Shown: positions 29,179 to 42,111 of the stretch, piece after piece | Numbering within the stretch: position 1 is the first letter of the stretch | Layout of the letters: every line of letters begins with the position of its first letter | Assembly (NCBI RefSeq): GCF_009914755.1 | Contig: NC_060932.1 | Length of the DNA: 64,000 bases | Source of the DNA: the human T2T-CHM13v2.0 reference genome, Homo sapiens | Strand: one strand, 5' to 3' | Notes under the pieces: model-generated | The model's database searches: none | What the model was told of the DNA's origin: nothing | What the model saw: the letters and a program-made list of their open reading frames with translations, nothing else | Position numbers and translations under genes: made by a program

Positions 29179-30099
29179 AATGTTCAAGGTTTATGATATT
29201 GCACTAAACATGATTAAAAAAATGGGACAACCACAGTATACTACTTTGAATTGCAATAAACACTTTACTGGAGAGACGAACTGCTTACTTTGAGATGATA
29301 GGCATCGCACCAGCATTGTAAACAATACTTGAAACACTTGAACTCACCACAATAGAAACAGAGGTGGCTACAACTTTATTATAGTAATACAGTTCGTATT
29401 ACAGTAAATTTTATGTAGCTATGATTTAATACTGCATCTTTATGTTTGTTTATATTTTTCTTAACTGCAAATGGTAACCTGTAAGGCCTGTAAGTGTTTC
29501 CATGTGTAAATTTTGATAATTTTAATGTTTTATAATATATTTGTATATATATTACAGTAGCAAATGATAAAATAGACTCGCTTATCCATATATTGTATGC
29601 ATTAATGACATGCTTAACTTAATCTTATTTTTTTTATATTTCTAGTGTACATGTTTGAGCCCAAATTGCTACAAAATTCCAAAACTTTTTCCAATATATT
29701 TGTTTTAAAATATGTGTGTATAAGTGAACCTGGGAAGTTAAAACATGTGTTGTTTAAGAGACAAGTGTATATGCAAATCACCTGACAAACAAATATGTAT
29801 TCTACCTACACTAAGAGTGAGATTGGAAGGACTAGCCTTGTTCTTCAAGTGAGTATCATCTATCAACTGAGTTTTCTTCTTTATCCATGTAAGATAGGTT
29901 GAAAGGGTGCTTTCATTCATTTTATATAGATTAGTTTATTGTGTTATTTCTATTAAAATGGTATTTGTTTTATAATATTGCATACATAAAAGCTGAAAGA
30001 CAGCATTAAAAAAAACTATGAAATCATTCCTGCCTCTCTTATTTGTATATATTTCAAGGAGGTTCACCTTCAGGAGTTATTTAGTCCTTAAAGAAAACT

Positions 30100-30745
30100 T
30101 TAATTTACATTCCCACCAACAGTGTACAAAGGGTTCCCTTTTCTCCACATCCTTGCCAACATTTGTTATTCTTGTCTTTTTAATAATAACCATAGAAAAC
30201 AGCATGAAGTTTCCTCAACACATTAAAAATAGAACTACTGTATGATCCAACAATCCTACTTCTGGTTATATATCCACAGAAAATAAAATTAGTATCTAAA
30301 AGATATATTTGCACCCACATGTTTATTGCAGCATTATTTACAATAGCTAAGATATAGAAACAAAGTAAGTATCCATCAACATATAAATAGATAAAGAAAT
30401 TGTGGTACATATAAACAATAGAATATTATTCAGCCATAAAAAAGGGAGGAATCCTACCATTCATGACAACATAGATGGACCTGGAGAACATTATACTAAG
30501 TGAAATAAGTCAGACACAGAAATAACAAAATTCTGTTAAATTAAATATTTTATATAAAAATACTCCAGTCTATGTTTATTTTACTGTACCCTGGATGTTT
30601 GGGTACAGTAAAATAAATCTCACTTATATGTGAAATCTAAAAAAGTTAAATTTATGACAGTATAGGTTAGAATGGTGGTTACTAGGGGCTGGGAGATGGG
30701 AGAAATGGGGAGATACTGGCCAAAAGATACAAACCTATCCCATAA
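30100..30745 (+). mobile_element. L1MA-like 3' region with 5' inversion
   Basis: Antisense TAATTTACATTCCCACCAACAG.. (30100-30193) abuts sense AGAAAACAGCATGAAGTTTCCTC.., which runs into the 3'UTR. Confidence 0.85.
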
Positions 30746-32479
30746 AAGTTGTCTGTATTTATCTCTTCTTTATCTTTAATTAATTCTACTTCTCCCCCTT
30801 TCTAAGTAAATAGATACAACAAACACAAGACCATTGTATGTAACTAGCTTTTGATGAAAATTTGGAAAAAGAATGGAGTGAGATTAGAACAAACTTCATA
30901 AGAAGAAAATAGGAAGAAATTTAAGAGTCAATTTTAGACATTTAGGGTTTTTTGCTCAATATTACTATTACCATAGGGAATTTATTTTTGCCTGTGTTTC
31001 TTCTTAGAAACAGTTTGTTGAGAATCATTAACCCCACCTTCTTTAGTTTCTCAGTATTCCCCCACCATATCAACATCCCTTCTCCAGAGGTCCCAAACCC
31101 CAAGCTCTGAAATGCCCAGAGAAATTGTAACTTAGCAATTCGTTCTTTTCTCAGCCTATCCTTGAAGACATGGCTTATCTTCCTTAAACAAAATGCCCTT
31201 TTATATGCTTAAAAACTAAAACAAAAAAAAATCTATTTCTGCGGTAGAATTTCTCCTTATGCCACCCTAGGTAGAATCTCTAAAGTAATTTAATAGTATT
31301 TTTCTTTGATATACATATTATACTGTTAAGTGATTCATAAAATAACAATCCTCTTTTCACTATAGAGTTAATTACTGTTAGAAATATGCATTTTTTTGAT
31401 TAGTTAGATTTTACATGACACAGCAATATGGAATATATCCTGAAGCTTAGCATAAATTTTGTATTACTTCCAGCGTATATTACACAGGCCTAATTACAGA
31501 AAACAACAGGATGTGAAACACTAGTTTCAATTTGATGTGTTTCTCTTTTCCTTTCTATTAAATTCCAATAAACAAACATTTTGAAAGTGGCTCCCAAAAC
31601 TCCTGAAGGGGGAAAACAACTTACTGAAGTGAACTATCACCTATAAAGAAGCAAATTATTGGCTAAAAGAAATTACTCATTAACTATTGCACCAAAGAGA
31701 ATTAGGGGATTGAGAATGGAGTCATTTATGAAATGTAAGCAGGTATTCAGTATCTTGTTGAGTATCTACCAATATGAACTAGAAATAGCTAATAAACGTT
31801 AGTACCTGGACATTGTTTGATTCCCTGAAAAGATTCTTGGTTAGCTGTCATTTAAATTCTATGCTATACAACTAAAATGACATGTAAGTTTTAATATCAG
31901 AGACTTAAACTCAATTGAAGTGTCAGTAGGAAGCATGCAATATTTTCAGAGGTTTTACATCCACATGGCAACAGAAGACAAAGCTCCTTAAATCTGTGTT
32001 GCCTGTAAAGATAAAATAAAACTCAGAAGTTATTTTACTTTGTAGTATTCTTCTGAGTTTGCTCATCGATCAGAAACTGAGATATAAAGGTATACTAGAT
32101 TGAAAGCCAATCCAGCATAAAAATATAAAGTAAAATATTTTTCTTCAGGGAATTTCTGCAGGAAACATAAGAGAATTTAAGGCAACCGATGAACTTTATG
32201 TGGAGTGTAAAAAACCTAGGTAAATTTTAGATGGATAAATTTCATCTCCTTCAAAGAGGATTCTTGTTAAGGTATATGATTCAGACTATGCTTGGATGAA
32301 CTTTGGTCAAATAGCCTGAACTCATAGTTTTTCAAGTTTGGAAACTGAAATCTAAAACTGAAACAAAGCTTATGGGACCTATTTAAGAAAAATAAATTTA
32401 AAAAAATTATTCTAAGTTCTCTAGATGTTCTAACACATTTAAATCAAACAATAACTATATAATACACTTGCCTATATTT

Positions 32480-32613
32480 TCCCATTTTGCATATGAAGAA
32501 ACTAAGACACACTAAATTTACATAAATATCTCATGTCACATTTGTGTAAGTGGAGAGATGGAATTAAAAATGGGCAGTCTACATTCTGAGGGCAAGCTTT
32601 TGAGCAATACACT
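32480..32613 (-). mobile_element. MIR fragment
   Basis: CCCATTTTGCATATGAAGAAACTAAGAC..GTCACA..GTAAGTGGAGAGATGGAATT. Confidence 0.7.
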
Positions 32614-34949
32614 GCTGCTGCAGGGGTAGATATACCTAAAGATAGACATAGATACAGATGTAAGTAAATATGGACAGTTAGGATGTATAGATATATACAT
32701 AAATGGACATAGATGTAAAATTAAACATAGTTAATATAAATAGATACATTGCTACTTACAAAATATTCTAGAAAAAATGCAGGAGGGAACAAAGGAAAAG
32801 GGGGGATTTAAAGAACTGTTTTCCAGAATTCACAGTGGCTTTGTCAGGGTGGTACAATGTGGAATTTCTCCTCCTCCTCTCTCACAGCCACATGACTATC
32901 TTCACATTACATGTTTGACATTGCTATGTTGAAATGGGACATTTTTATATATTAAGAAAACAAAGTTTGAGTTGTTTGTTTTATAATTGCTGAGTTATAA
33001 ATATAAAGATACTTTTATCACCATGTTCTTAATCTCATTCTTTTCTTCTTATTTTTCTTTTTAGTAAAGGAAAAATTTTACTACCAAGAAATGAAAGCAA
33101 TAGACATCTCTGAGACCCAGGCTTTCCCTTAAGTTCATGTTACCTCTGACTTCACAAAGTCTCACCGCTAGGGGCCAGGAGTTTTATTAAATATGAACAT
33201 ATTTTTTACTACCACACAAGCATATAATGCAAAGTCATTTCAATGTTCAATAATACCAAGAAAGTGATCATTTCTTCCTTAGGTTTGATTCATTCCTAAA
33301 AAAAAAAAATAATATTGGCTATTGTGGTTATTATGAGCAACCTGTCAGTAGAATTTTGGGTAGAATACCTGACATTTTGGAAATGTATCCTCAGAATCTA
33401 TTGGGTTTGATTCAAAGATAAATAAAAAGAGGAGGCTTTATGGAAGGCCATGTGGGAGTGGATAAATTTGAAATAATTGTGCTGTATCTAAAAAGGTACA
33501 AAGTGAGTATACCCTTTTTCACTATGTCCTATAGCTGAGAGGAATATTATGAACCCATTAATAAATAAATACATGTCACTCGTGTATTGATCAATTCTTA
33601 GATAGAATTTACATATAAACTTTTAGGAAAATAGTTTTTCTTGTAACTTTATTTGTAATTTCCTCACTGCCCTCAAAGAAGCTTGTCACAAGTAACTGAA
33701 GAACATTTTCTTTGCTAAGCAAAATGAAGGGATTGCAAAAGGAAGAGCCAGGGAGAAACAAAGCGGCTGATGTACACAGAGATTTGATTTGCAGTTTTTA
33801 TGTGAGCTGATTCTTTCAAGGAATGCTGATTTCTGTTATGAGGCTTATCTGAGGTGAAATTAGTACCTTCACAAGAGGACAGCCAGCATATGTTTTTTGG
33901 GGCTTTTCTAAAGTTTTAAGATTATAAGCAGAAAAAAATGCAACTTGCACTAAAACATTTGGCTATAAACCAATTTATCTAGTGACAACTTTTTAATGAT
34001 TGTCAGCCAGTGTCTGTGCCAGGGAATAGAGGAAGCCCTTTTTGTGTAGCTTTTGTCTTTGGTCCTTAGGCTTCTCCATCAAAGTCAAAGGTAAATGACA
34101 TGAAGAGAGTATCAGAATCTTTGGGGGATAGAATTGCTTGGACATGACTGTTTCACCATAAAAGCTAGGCATAGAAAATATTGCCTTACTTATTGAAAAA
34201 GCAACCAAGAGGTGAGTCTAGAATTAATGCAGACCTAACTGGACTGATTAAAGCTTTCACTAAATTTTATTTTCCAACATAGGTTTCCTGAACAAATAAT
34301 CAGTATTGTGAGAGTTAATGTTAGTCATAATTAGTACTTGTTTTTGAGCCCATGTTCTACAATAAACTAGAGATAATTCAGAGTTCAGTGCCAAAGAGGA
34401 TTAACATTTTAATTGTTTTTAAGACATATTTAAGTGTTTGAGAGATGGAGAACTCAGAGGCAGAAACGTAATGATGATTAATAGAGAGCATCCTCAGATT
34501 CTTAAAACGTTAGACTATTTCAGAGTCATTAATGTTTTTCTGCCCCAAGCCATGAAATCACCTTATTTTCCAAAGAATTTAGTTTCTTTTTTTGGAGAAG
34601 AATGATTTTGGAATCTAAAACTCTAATAGCAGGAGCACACATCATATTGTTCTGCTTGACTAAAATCCAGCATGGTTGTTTAGGTTTTGTGAGAAAAAAA
34701 GGAAAAGAATTTTCTTTCTTTGCCCTTGTTTATTAATTTACTTTCTTTACACATAATGAACAACCACCTTAATTTCTTTGCCACTAACTTTAACATACCA
34801 TAATATATATATGATAATTATATATGTCAAAAACTTGACTCCAAATTTATTTGCTTCCCCTGTCTTTTTCTGCTTCTGGAGTCTAATGTCCTACTATTAA
34901 GGAATTTACTCTCAATTGTCCTGTATCTTCTTATAACTTTAAAGCAAGA

Positions 34950-35810
34950 AGAGCAATCCAGTTAAAAATCAGATATTTGAATAGGTAGTTTATCAAACAA
35001 CTACATGGATGTCAAATAAGCACATCAAAGTATGTTCAACATGATTAGCCATTAGGGAATTGAAATTAAAGACAAAATGAGATGCCGCTCCTCCCCAAAT
35101 AGAATGCCAAACATTAAAATAAACTCACTATACATAGGGTTGGCAAGAATGCAAAGCAATTGGAAATTTTATAAATAGTTTATTTTTTTATTTACTTTAA
35201 ACTTTTAAAATTGTGGATATGTAATAGTTGTACATATTTATAAGGTGCCTGTGAAATTTTGACACACACAAACAATGTATGATTACCAAATTAGGGTAAT
35301 TGCGATATCCACTAGCTCTTGATAGTGTCTTTAAAAACTTGAAGATATGCCTAACATATGACCCAGGCTTGTCATCATAATTATGTATTCAAAAAAATTA
35401 AAGCTCATGTCCACACAGAAATTGAAACATAAATGTTCATAACAGGCTTATTTGAAGTAAGTAGCCCAAATATAGTAACAACCTAAATGTTCACTGATGA
35501 ATGAATAAAATAATTATGGTATATACATACAAAAGAATACCACCTAGTAATAAAAATGAATGAACTATTCACACATGCAATAATATAAAATAATCTCAAA
35601 ATATTTATGCTGAGTGATGATGAAGCCAAACAAAAAGAGTATATTCTATTTGTTTCTATTTATTTAAATTTCTGGGAAATGAAACTAATTCAGAGTAACA
35701 AAAGGCAGATTTATGGTTGCCTGGAGGAGGGAGGAGTAAAAGAGAAGGATCTCAAATGGGCTTAAGAAAAATATGTATTTATGGATATGTTTATTATCTT
35801 TATTGCACTT
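34950..35810 (+). mobile_element. Old L1 (L1ME-like) 3' region interrupted by an antisense L1MA 3' tip (~35178-35318)
   Basis: CAAATAAGCACAT..ATTAGGGAATTGAAATTAAA..ATATGACCCAG..TATGCTGAGTGA; the insert reads ATAGTTGTACATATTTAT..AGGGTAATTG. Confidence 0.7.
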
Positions 35811-36094
35811 ACCTGATTCATCGCCAAAAAACTAAGATTAATACAAAATACAACAAATTCCAAAGCTAAAGTTAGCAATAAAATATATCATATATTATCA
35901 TCAAAAAGTTGAGAAAATCTAAAGTGGGCAATGGCTAGAGTCTATTTCAAAGTATTGAATGTCATGTCATCAATGAGATGGAAATAATAAATGTCCCAGA
36001 ATATTTCAATTAATGCTTTATATTTACAAGTTATTTCAAGATATACTTACACTAATTTTCCCTGTCATACCTTGTTTAAGGTATTACTCAAATT

Positions 36095-36325
36095 ATAGCC
36101 CAGGAGCTTGTTCGTCTTTTAAAACTAAAACTCTATGTCTATTGAACAGCAATTTCCTGTTTCTCCTTACCCATATTCCTTGGCAGCCACCATGCAACTC
36201 TCTGTTTCTCTGAGTGTGACTATTTTGGGTCCTAAAAAGTGTAATCACGCAGTATTTGTACTTCTGTGACTGGCTTATTTCACTTAGCATAAGGCCCTCC
36301 AGGTTCATTCATGTTGTTGCATATA
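36095..36325 (-). mobile_element. L1MA/MB 3' fragment
   Basis: GCAGTATTTGTACTTCTGTGACTGGCTTATTTCACTTAGCATAA; minus ORF MNLEGLMLSEISQSQK is the L1 ORF2 C-terminus. Confidence 0.8.
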
Positions 36326-37309
36326 GAAAACAGTCTGAATAAGACTACATTGTATGCCTCACAAACTAATACATTAAGATCTTAAATAAGTTCTGCAGAA
36401 GTTTATTTTGTACAATAAATATGATATTCATAGTGAGAAAAAATATATCATTCATTTACTTTTGTTTAAGTCCTCTTTCCAGTTTCAGATAACTGTTTTA
36501 TTTATTCATTTATTCTTCTCCCTTTTCTTTGTCATTAACCTGTTTGTCATGGGTTTCACTCTAGCATTATAGATGATTGGTAATGGCAATTAAATATAAT
36601 TTAATGTATTTTAATATCTCAAAATGGGCTATTTCAGATATATAAGAAATTAATATTTTGTTATATTTTAATTGTTGCTGAAAGATGAACAAAGGCTATA
36701 TATACACATATATGCATGGATATACACAAGAAAGAATAATATAAACAAATATCAGGATAACTTGAGAAACTGAAAATAAGTCAATGAAAACTTAGAATTA
36801 TTTGCTTTTTCCCCACAGTTTTAGAAAACACATAGTTTCTACATTGTATATATTTTACTAATGAGATAAATTGGTCAGCCATAAAATCCAGGATGCATAT
36901 ATAACTTTCTGATTCTAAATGATTAAAGACATTACAAAGAAGACAACAGTGTATTGATTATATATCTGTATCAATGTGAGATTAATATAATATACAAATA
37001 CAAAATCTACCAATATGAAACAAATTTATGATTAACAATCTTGGCCTCATTAATATAAATGGAATTACATATCATAAGGTAATATAAATGCTATAATGGA
37101 ATTTATATTAATGAGGGATGGGTCATTAATCTTAAAATTATATAGTGGATCATAACACATACCTTTTCAGGAATTTTTAAAAATATTTAAAATCAACATT
37201 GAAATGATATTTGAAAAAATAATGAAACCAATTATTGCTTTGGAAACAAAAAGCAGAACATTTTAAAATATTTAATGAAAAATTAGTATTCAAAAACAAC
37301 CTAAACGAA

Positions 37310-38890
37310 AAGTTTATATCTCAATATACTTTCACAAAGTGATCACACCTGTTTTCCCAGTACTCAGATGGAGTGACAGAATTTGCCAGCAACCACAAAC
37401 CCTATACTTGCATCGCCTTCAAATCACTTTCCACCCCCTAAAGACTGACAATTCTCCTGTCTTCTAACTACGTAAAGTTTGAACTTTGTGTAAACAGAAT
37501 CATAATGGATGTGTGTATTTGATGTGTTTTTTTCTGAACCTGATTTTGAGAAACTCCATTTATATTGTTGCATCTAGTTATACATTGTGTTTACTTTCAT
37601 TGATATATTCTATTGTATGAGTACAGAAATTGTGTATTGTTTTGTCTTGCTTTGGGTGAATTCTATTGAAGATGAACATTTGGAGTTTTTCTGTTTTAAG
37701 TTTAAATTGGTAGTATTTCTGTGAAAATACATGTTCATTTTGTGGAGTACATATTTAGGAGTAAAGATGGTAAATTATAGGGATATGTATTCAGCTTTAG
37801 TAGATGCCACCAAACAGTTTTCAAAGTGTTTTTAACATTTTATGATTTCCTCTACAGCATTTATGAGAGTCTCAATTGCTTCACATTCTAGACAACACAT
37901 GGTGTCATGAGTTCATTTAACTGTATCCCTTCAGGTACTGTGTCAAAGTAATATTAGTTGTGGTGTTAACTGTCATTTTCTGAAATATGGTATGTGTTGT
38001 GGGATGAATAGTGTCTCCCATTCCCCAACAAATGCTCAAGTTGAAGTAACTCCTAACCCTTAGTACCTCAGAATGTGACCTTATTTGGAGATAGGGTCTT
38101 TAACGAGGTAAAATGAGGTCATTAGAGTACGCCCTAATCCAAGGTGAATGGTGTCCTTCATTAAGGTAATGGAGATTAGGACATAGAGAAAAGACCATGT
38201 GAAATCCGGGAGAGAAGACGGCCATCTACAAGCCAAAAAGAGAGTCCTCAGGAGAATCCAACCCTCACCCCCGGCCAACACTTTGATCTTGAACTTCTAG
38301 CCTCTAGGGATATGAGAAAATAAATTTCTATTATTTAAGCCACCTAGTCTGTGGCACTTTGTTATGACAGCCCAAACCAACCAATACAATATGTTTATTG
38401 GCAATTTGACTATTTTCATTTGTTAAGTACCTTTCTAGTTTTTGCACATTAAAAGACAAACAAAAACCTTTGTATTCTTTTTATTGATTTATAAGAATTT
38501 TTAATATACTTGGATATGTTTATTTGCAGATATATATATATATTGTAAATATCTTTCCCAATTCTCTGAGCTGTCTGTTGTCCTGATGATATATTTTTAA
38601 AAGATCTGCAGATAATATGTTTAATATTTTTCTATATGGTTAGCATACATAGTTAGACTTTTTTTTAAATATTGAATTTTTATTTTCCTAATTCATGGCC
38701 CTGGTATAACACATCTTCCTTAAATCTTTTTAAATTTTTCTTTATAGTACTTTATAATTTTTGGAGTAGAAGTTTTGAAAAATTTTCATCTGCTATCTAG
38801 ATACTTGAATACCAATAATTGGCCTTATTACACATATTATTATTGGTGTAGAAAACTAAGCTGAAATTCTGGGAATGTAATTGACATAGT
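37310..38890 (-). mobile_element. Old L1 (L1ME-like), interrupted by MLT1B
   Basis: AGCTTTAGTAGATGCCACCAAACAGTTTTCAAAG, GAGAGTCTCAATTGCTTCACATTC, ATATGTTTATTGGC, TTGTAAATATCTTTCCCA. Confidence 0.6.
37995..38388 (+). mobile_element. MLT1B-like MaLR LTR
   Basis: TGTTGTGGGATGAAT..ACCTCAGAATGTGACCTTATTTGGAGATAGGGTC..CCAATACA; 5-bp TSD GTATG/ATATG. Confidence 0.88.
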
Positions 38891-41800
38891 TACTGCTTGG
38901 CAGTAAATCCTGGGCTAGGGATATACTTCCTTGCTACATATATTTCCTTAGAGACAATTAAAGCAGGAGTAGATTTTCTATAATGAACTTTTTTTTTCAT
39001 TGAATACATGGAATTTGTTTTCTGATCAATCTCCTTATAACTTTTAAAAAAGTAATTATAGAAATGTTTCATGATTTTTGAAAATATTTTCTGTAAATGA
39101 AATCCAATCATATGTGAATTTTAAAAAATTGAAATAATAAGCTCATTGATATACTTCAATTTTATAAACCTGTTGCTTAATTTAAAATGGGGAAATAACA
39201 ATAAACTCAAGATAAGTCTGTCTTTATATTCAGCCTGACTTTTTAAAAAGTTTTTTCAAGTTTTTTAGCATTTAATTTTAATGATGTCTTTCCTCTCAGA
39301 ATCAAGATTTTCACAATTTCTTCCCACTTTTCTTTCTTTTTTTTTTTTCTAGTGACTTATTCCTTATTTTTAATAGCCCACCTTGGTCTGAAAGGCAACA
39401 TAACAACCTCGTTTCATCATGTGTAACCAAAAAAAAAAAAAATCCCCAATACTTTATAACTTTCTAGCTAAGGAAACAGAAGTGAAATGGGAATCATGCT
39501 TTAAGGCATATTTTGCCAGATCTGTTGTGAAGAATTGAAGGTTCTGAATGTTAATTCATAATATAGATTGGCACCTTTGACCACAAACTTATAGTTTGAT
39601 CTAAAAAGAACCTATATCACCACCACTCATGGTGACTGAATCAGAGAGTGAAAGAAAATGGCTTTCTGCTCTTTCCTTAACATATCACTATGGCTTTACT
39701 ATGGGGAGGGGGTCTGCACATTGCAAGATGGGCCCAAGTTATATCTTTCCTAGGGTACGGGATAATGGAATACATTTCCAAAGTTCTTTTTCTGTGTCTA
39801 GAGAGTGAAATGTTAACATTCAGGTTGAACAGAAGTGGAGAATAAGAAAAATTAATTTTACATATATTTAATAAACAACTACTACTATGTGCCAGGTAGT
39901 GTATCTGATGATAAGTGAGTTTCTGGTGAAACTGTTCCAGAGATGCTAATTATGAGAGAATGAAGGTGCATGAAAGTTCCTAAAAGAATTCTGAAACTCA
40001 GAAATGAACAAACAAACAAAACTCCAAAACTTAAAAGGATACTTATTAAATGCTCATTGGGTTACTAAGCTCTCAAAATGAGCTAATGTCCAAATATAAT
40101 TTCCTTTTTATTTAAAATATATGTTTTTTAAATTATCTAGTAAATTCAAATTTAAATCTGAATAAATTCTGCAGTATTGTACCAATGTTAATTTCATATT
40201 TTTGGTAAATGTATGTGGCTATGTAATAACTCTGTGGTATCTTTGCAATTCTTCCATAAATCTAAAATGATTTCAAAATAAAACGTTTTAAAAACATATC
40301 ATTCTTAAACTGGCTTACATTTCAAAGGGTTATATTTTGCAAAGATCATGTATATCTTGCAGAACACTACATCTCTAGTAGACTTGCCAAAGACACTATT
40401 TAATAACTGGAAAGATTACAGGAATCAAATACATATATAAGTTTCCTCTTTACACGGAAATATTGCTCCTCTTTTTTTGTTCGTTTATTTTATTTTTACT
40501 TCTAACTCTCTTCTCAACAGACTGTCTTTATTTCACTTCACTGTGGCCTAATCACGGTTGCCCAAGCCCTAAACTTGTATGACCTTACAAGTGAACATCC
40601 ACCATTTATGATAAATTGACTTAATTTAAACAAACTTTACATTTCTAGATGGAATAATCTTTATTGTTTTGTTGAGTCTACAGGTTGATTTAAAGTCTGT
40701 GCAGGCTTTATGCCTAGTACAATTATTTACGGTCAGAGATCAGTGGAGTAGCATAATACAAACAAGGTTACAAAAGCATATTTCTGTGGGTTCTTGAAGT
40801 CTCAGGGAACAGGATCCTTTACAGGGGCTTCTCACAATCTAGATAAACTACATTGCCACTTCAGATGGAACTGTACAAAAAAGAGCAAAGGATTGACTAA
40901 CTTAGGGTTCTAATGTTGATAATCACAGAACTTTGACAATATAGAAGTATAGAGATTAATTAGTGTTTTCATATTTATTGTTATTCCCTGGGGAGTTAGA
41001 CTTTACCAGTATCATGCAAATCGCTCTTCAGTAGAAATATAGGCTAGAAAAAATAAGTTAGAAAGAATATCTCTATGTTACATCTATTGTAAAATAGGCA
41101 ATCTGGTATATGTCGGCTACTAACTATCTGAAATTCCATTTGTGGTATAGTTTTCCTTGGGTGGTGCATGACACCAATGAAGATATCCTAGCAATGATGA
41201 CAAAACAATTACAAAAATATTTAGTCAAAAATACTCCTAATAATCAAAGTTATGCTTTGTTTTATCATTGCCAAAAGAAGTTAGTTTTAAAGGAAGATGT
41301 TAATGTCTAACAAAAGTGTTTAGTAATCTTCTGAGTAAGGCCTAATTAATTCATATGCTAACTTATTTATTTGTGCATTCCGGGCAAACCAGCAGTAAAG
41401 GTAAAACTTTAGCAAACCAGCAGTAAAGGTCAAACTTCAGCAGTTTCGTCAGATGTTTTAATGAAGTGCTGAATTTCCTGCTGCTTGGACTAGATAAAAT
41501 CCACTTGTTACTGCATTTTATGTGTGTTGTATTTAGTGAATCTAGCACCTTTGGTTGTTGATAATTATTCTTTTTCTCTACATTAAATTCACAGGTCAAT
41601 TAACAGAATATATTAACTGTCTGATAACAGAAAGCATTTTAAAAGATGATTTTCTTTGTTGATCAAATCAGTTTCAAATAAATTTGCTGTTTAAAAAAAC
41701 AGCAGTAAATGTCTTTTCTACTTAGGTGGCAGTTAATTTTTTTTTGGTTTGTTTTTAACTTCACATACAGAAAGTGGAATAAGTTATTCTCCTCTCTAGT

Positions 41801-42111
41801 TCATGGCATAATAATGTATGTTTATGCAGAACCCTGCGAATGCTTTATTTTATGTATTTTTCCTTTCACTTTGAACAATCATAATGCCCTTGCTGGAATA
41901 TTTAATTTCTATCTTCAAAGTATTATTGAATATTTGAAAACCTTTATAGTGATACTATGTTGTGTATATAATTTTAGACCACATAAAACACATTTTCTTC
42001 TAAATTCTATGTTTTAAACATCTTGACCAATTGTCATATATGCATATAACTCATTGCTTTTACTACTTCATCATAGTCCAAAGTGTATAAATGCAATATA
42101 TTTTTGTAAAT

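Larger units (their letters stand above)
26757..29767 (-). mobile_element. Tigger2 DNA transposon (TcMar-Tigger), near full length
   Basis: TA-CAGTTGACCCTTGAACAA at the left end and degenerate TTGTTTAAGAGACAAGTG-TA at the right end (terminal inverted repeats with TA TSD); about 2.64 kb after removing the nested LTR; transposase remnants inside. Confidence 0.9.
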
